Assembly: GCA_965153355.1 (NCBI GenBank)
Contig: OZ231126.1
Coordinates: 2,046,001-2,110,000 of the forward strand
Length of the DNA: 64,000 nt
Source: Flaccisagitta enflata
Lineage: Eukaryota
Direction of reading: 5' to 3'
Below the pieces are notes generated by a model. That model was not told the origin of the DNA. It did not search any database and was given only the letters and a program-made list of their open reading frames with translations. This document shows, one piece after another, positions 62,559 through 64,000 of this stretch (position 1 is the first letter of the stretch; each line of letters begins with the position of its first letter). A program made the translations under genes and the position numbers.

Positions 62559-64000
62559 CTGAAAAAAAAAAGGAATTATCGGGAAAAAAGTTGTCTTTGA
62601 CTTTTTGACATATTCGAGAGAAACATGGTTATTCTTTCCTTAATTGAAAGTTTTGGAATTTAATTGAGCCATTATGCTTTCAATGAAATTGAAAGAGTAA
62701 GTAGATCTGATAATTCTCTTTCATTTGGGGCCAAGCAGAATAATCTATGATAGATTTTTTTTGAGTTATGATTTTTAAAGAAAAATTCTATTAGAATTTT
62801 TTCAATTTTTTTATGATTTTGTGTAAGATCAATAAAGGAGTGTATTCATATTTGATTGGGCAAACAAATACAAGAAAACATGTTTATGAGCATAGCTGCT
62901 CATCTGTGAGGGTCTTTTTTTCTGATTTCAAAGGCGATAAATGAATGAATATTTTCATATATATTTATACAAGACCGCATGTCAGTGAGCATAGCTGCTT
63001 ATCTGTAAGGGTGTTTGTAAGCACTCCAGTTAATTTAGCTCATTTAGCTCAGTTTTTTTCTGATTTGAAATGGGAAATAAAAAAATGTTTTGATGTGAGC
63101 ATGAAAATATAAGAAAGCATGTCAGAGAGCATAGATGGTTGTCTGGTTGAGTGATTTTGAGCATTTTAGCCCATCTAGCTCATCTAGCTCAGTCCTTTTT
63201 TTCTTGGATTTTCAGTGCAATCAATACATACAATTGCTTTTTATTTGATCTAAAAAATAAAAGAAATTGCAGTGACTGAAAACAAAAGCTTGGAGCAAAG
63301 TTACCAATGCTTTTAACTCTTTTCCTCACGGCGATAGCCACCATTATATCTCTGACAGGCTAACACTATCATCTATTTTGTTTTTAAAGATTCCAGAATG
63401 ATCAGTTATCATTGATTGCTCACCTTATGAAGTAGTCATTCTAACTTGATTATTTACTAAGCTATGACCCTGTAGGAGATTTTTTTCCCCAATGTGCTAA
63501 TTATCATATCATATTGATATGATTTAAGTTTTATTTTCAAGGCTATAGTTGATCTCTTGAAATAAACCCTAAGTAGCAATTAGTGTTCGCACGAGCAGGC
63601 AATTTGCTAGCAGCTCTGCTAGCAGAAATTTGCAACTGCTCTGCTAGCAGTAAGTTTTCAGCTGCTAGCAGTAAGTAGCAGTAAAAATCTTTATTTTTTC
63701 ACCAAATTTGTGTTACAAATCTGGTTTGATCATCTGAATAAGTTTTTTTTTATATTGTTAATATAAAATCTTCATTTGGATATTTCAAACATATACTTTT
63801 TCTTTTAAAATTAGGGCTTTCAGAATGATTGTATGTCAATTTTTCCAATTTCATTGACTTTGGAATACAAGGATGACTTTGGAATACAAGGATACAGTCG
63901 ATATTGAGGAAACATTTTCCTTGTTTTGATGAATTGGTTATAGACATTAAAATCTGACTCATACTCTATTGCTTTGAAGTTGCCTCTAAAAACATGTTTC

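Overview
Repeat-rich eukaryotic DNA, most likely from an invertebrate animal (inferred from spliceosomal introns and animal-type transposon families). (1) 1-11.7 kb holds an unclassified intronless multi-ORF element. It begins with a ~2.5 kb AT-rich array of about 30 co-oriented CCCGC-N3-GCGGAG mini-hairpins. Next come a short coiled-coil ORF and a giant RING-H2 + coiled-coil + 2x CCHC ORF of about 1,860 aa, currently split by a TA-duplicating MITE whose precise removal restores the frame. A Ser/Thr-rich ORF follows, cut by a CAC-terminal transposon. (2) 11.7-23.2 kb is a deep nest of DNA transposons: CACTGTG-ended elements with 4-bp TSDs, a hAT with a broken transposase, a three-unit ~608-bp cassette and a CR1 fragment. 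(3) 23.4-32 kb has two divergent spliced host genes reconstructed by hand: an orphan signal-peptide/coiled-coil gene (-) and an XK-related membrane protein gene (+). (4) 32-47 kb is MITEs, Helentron-type HINEs and mini/microsatellites. (5) 47.1-58.5 kb has the 3' halves of two Bel/Pao LTR retrotransposon copies, head-to-head across an N gap, each with a large extra ORF between integrase and 3' LTR. (6) 59.9-62.6 kb has the last three exons of a vWA-domain gene (-). All calls are by eye; no searches were run.
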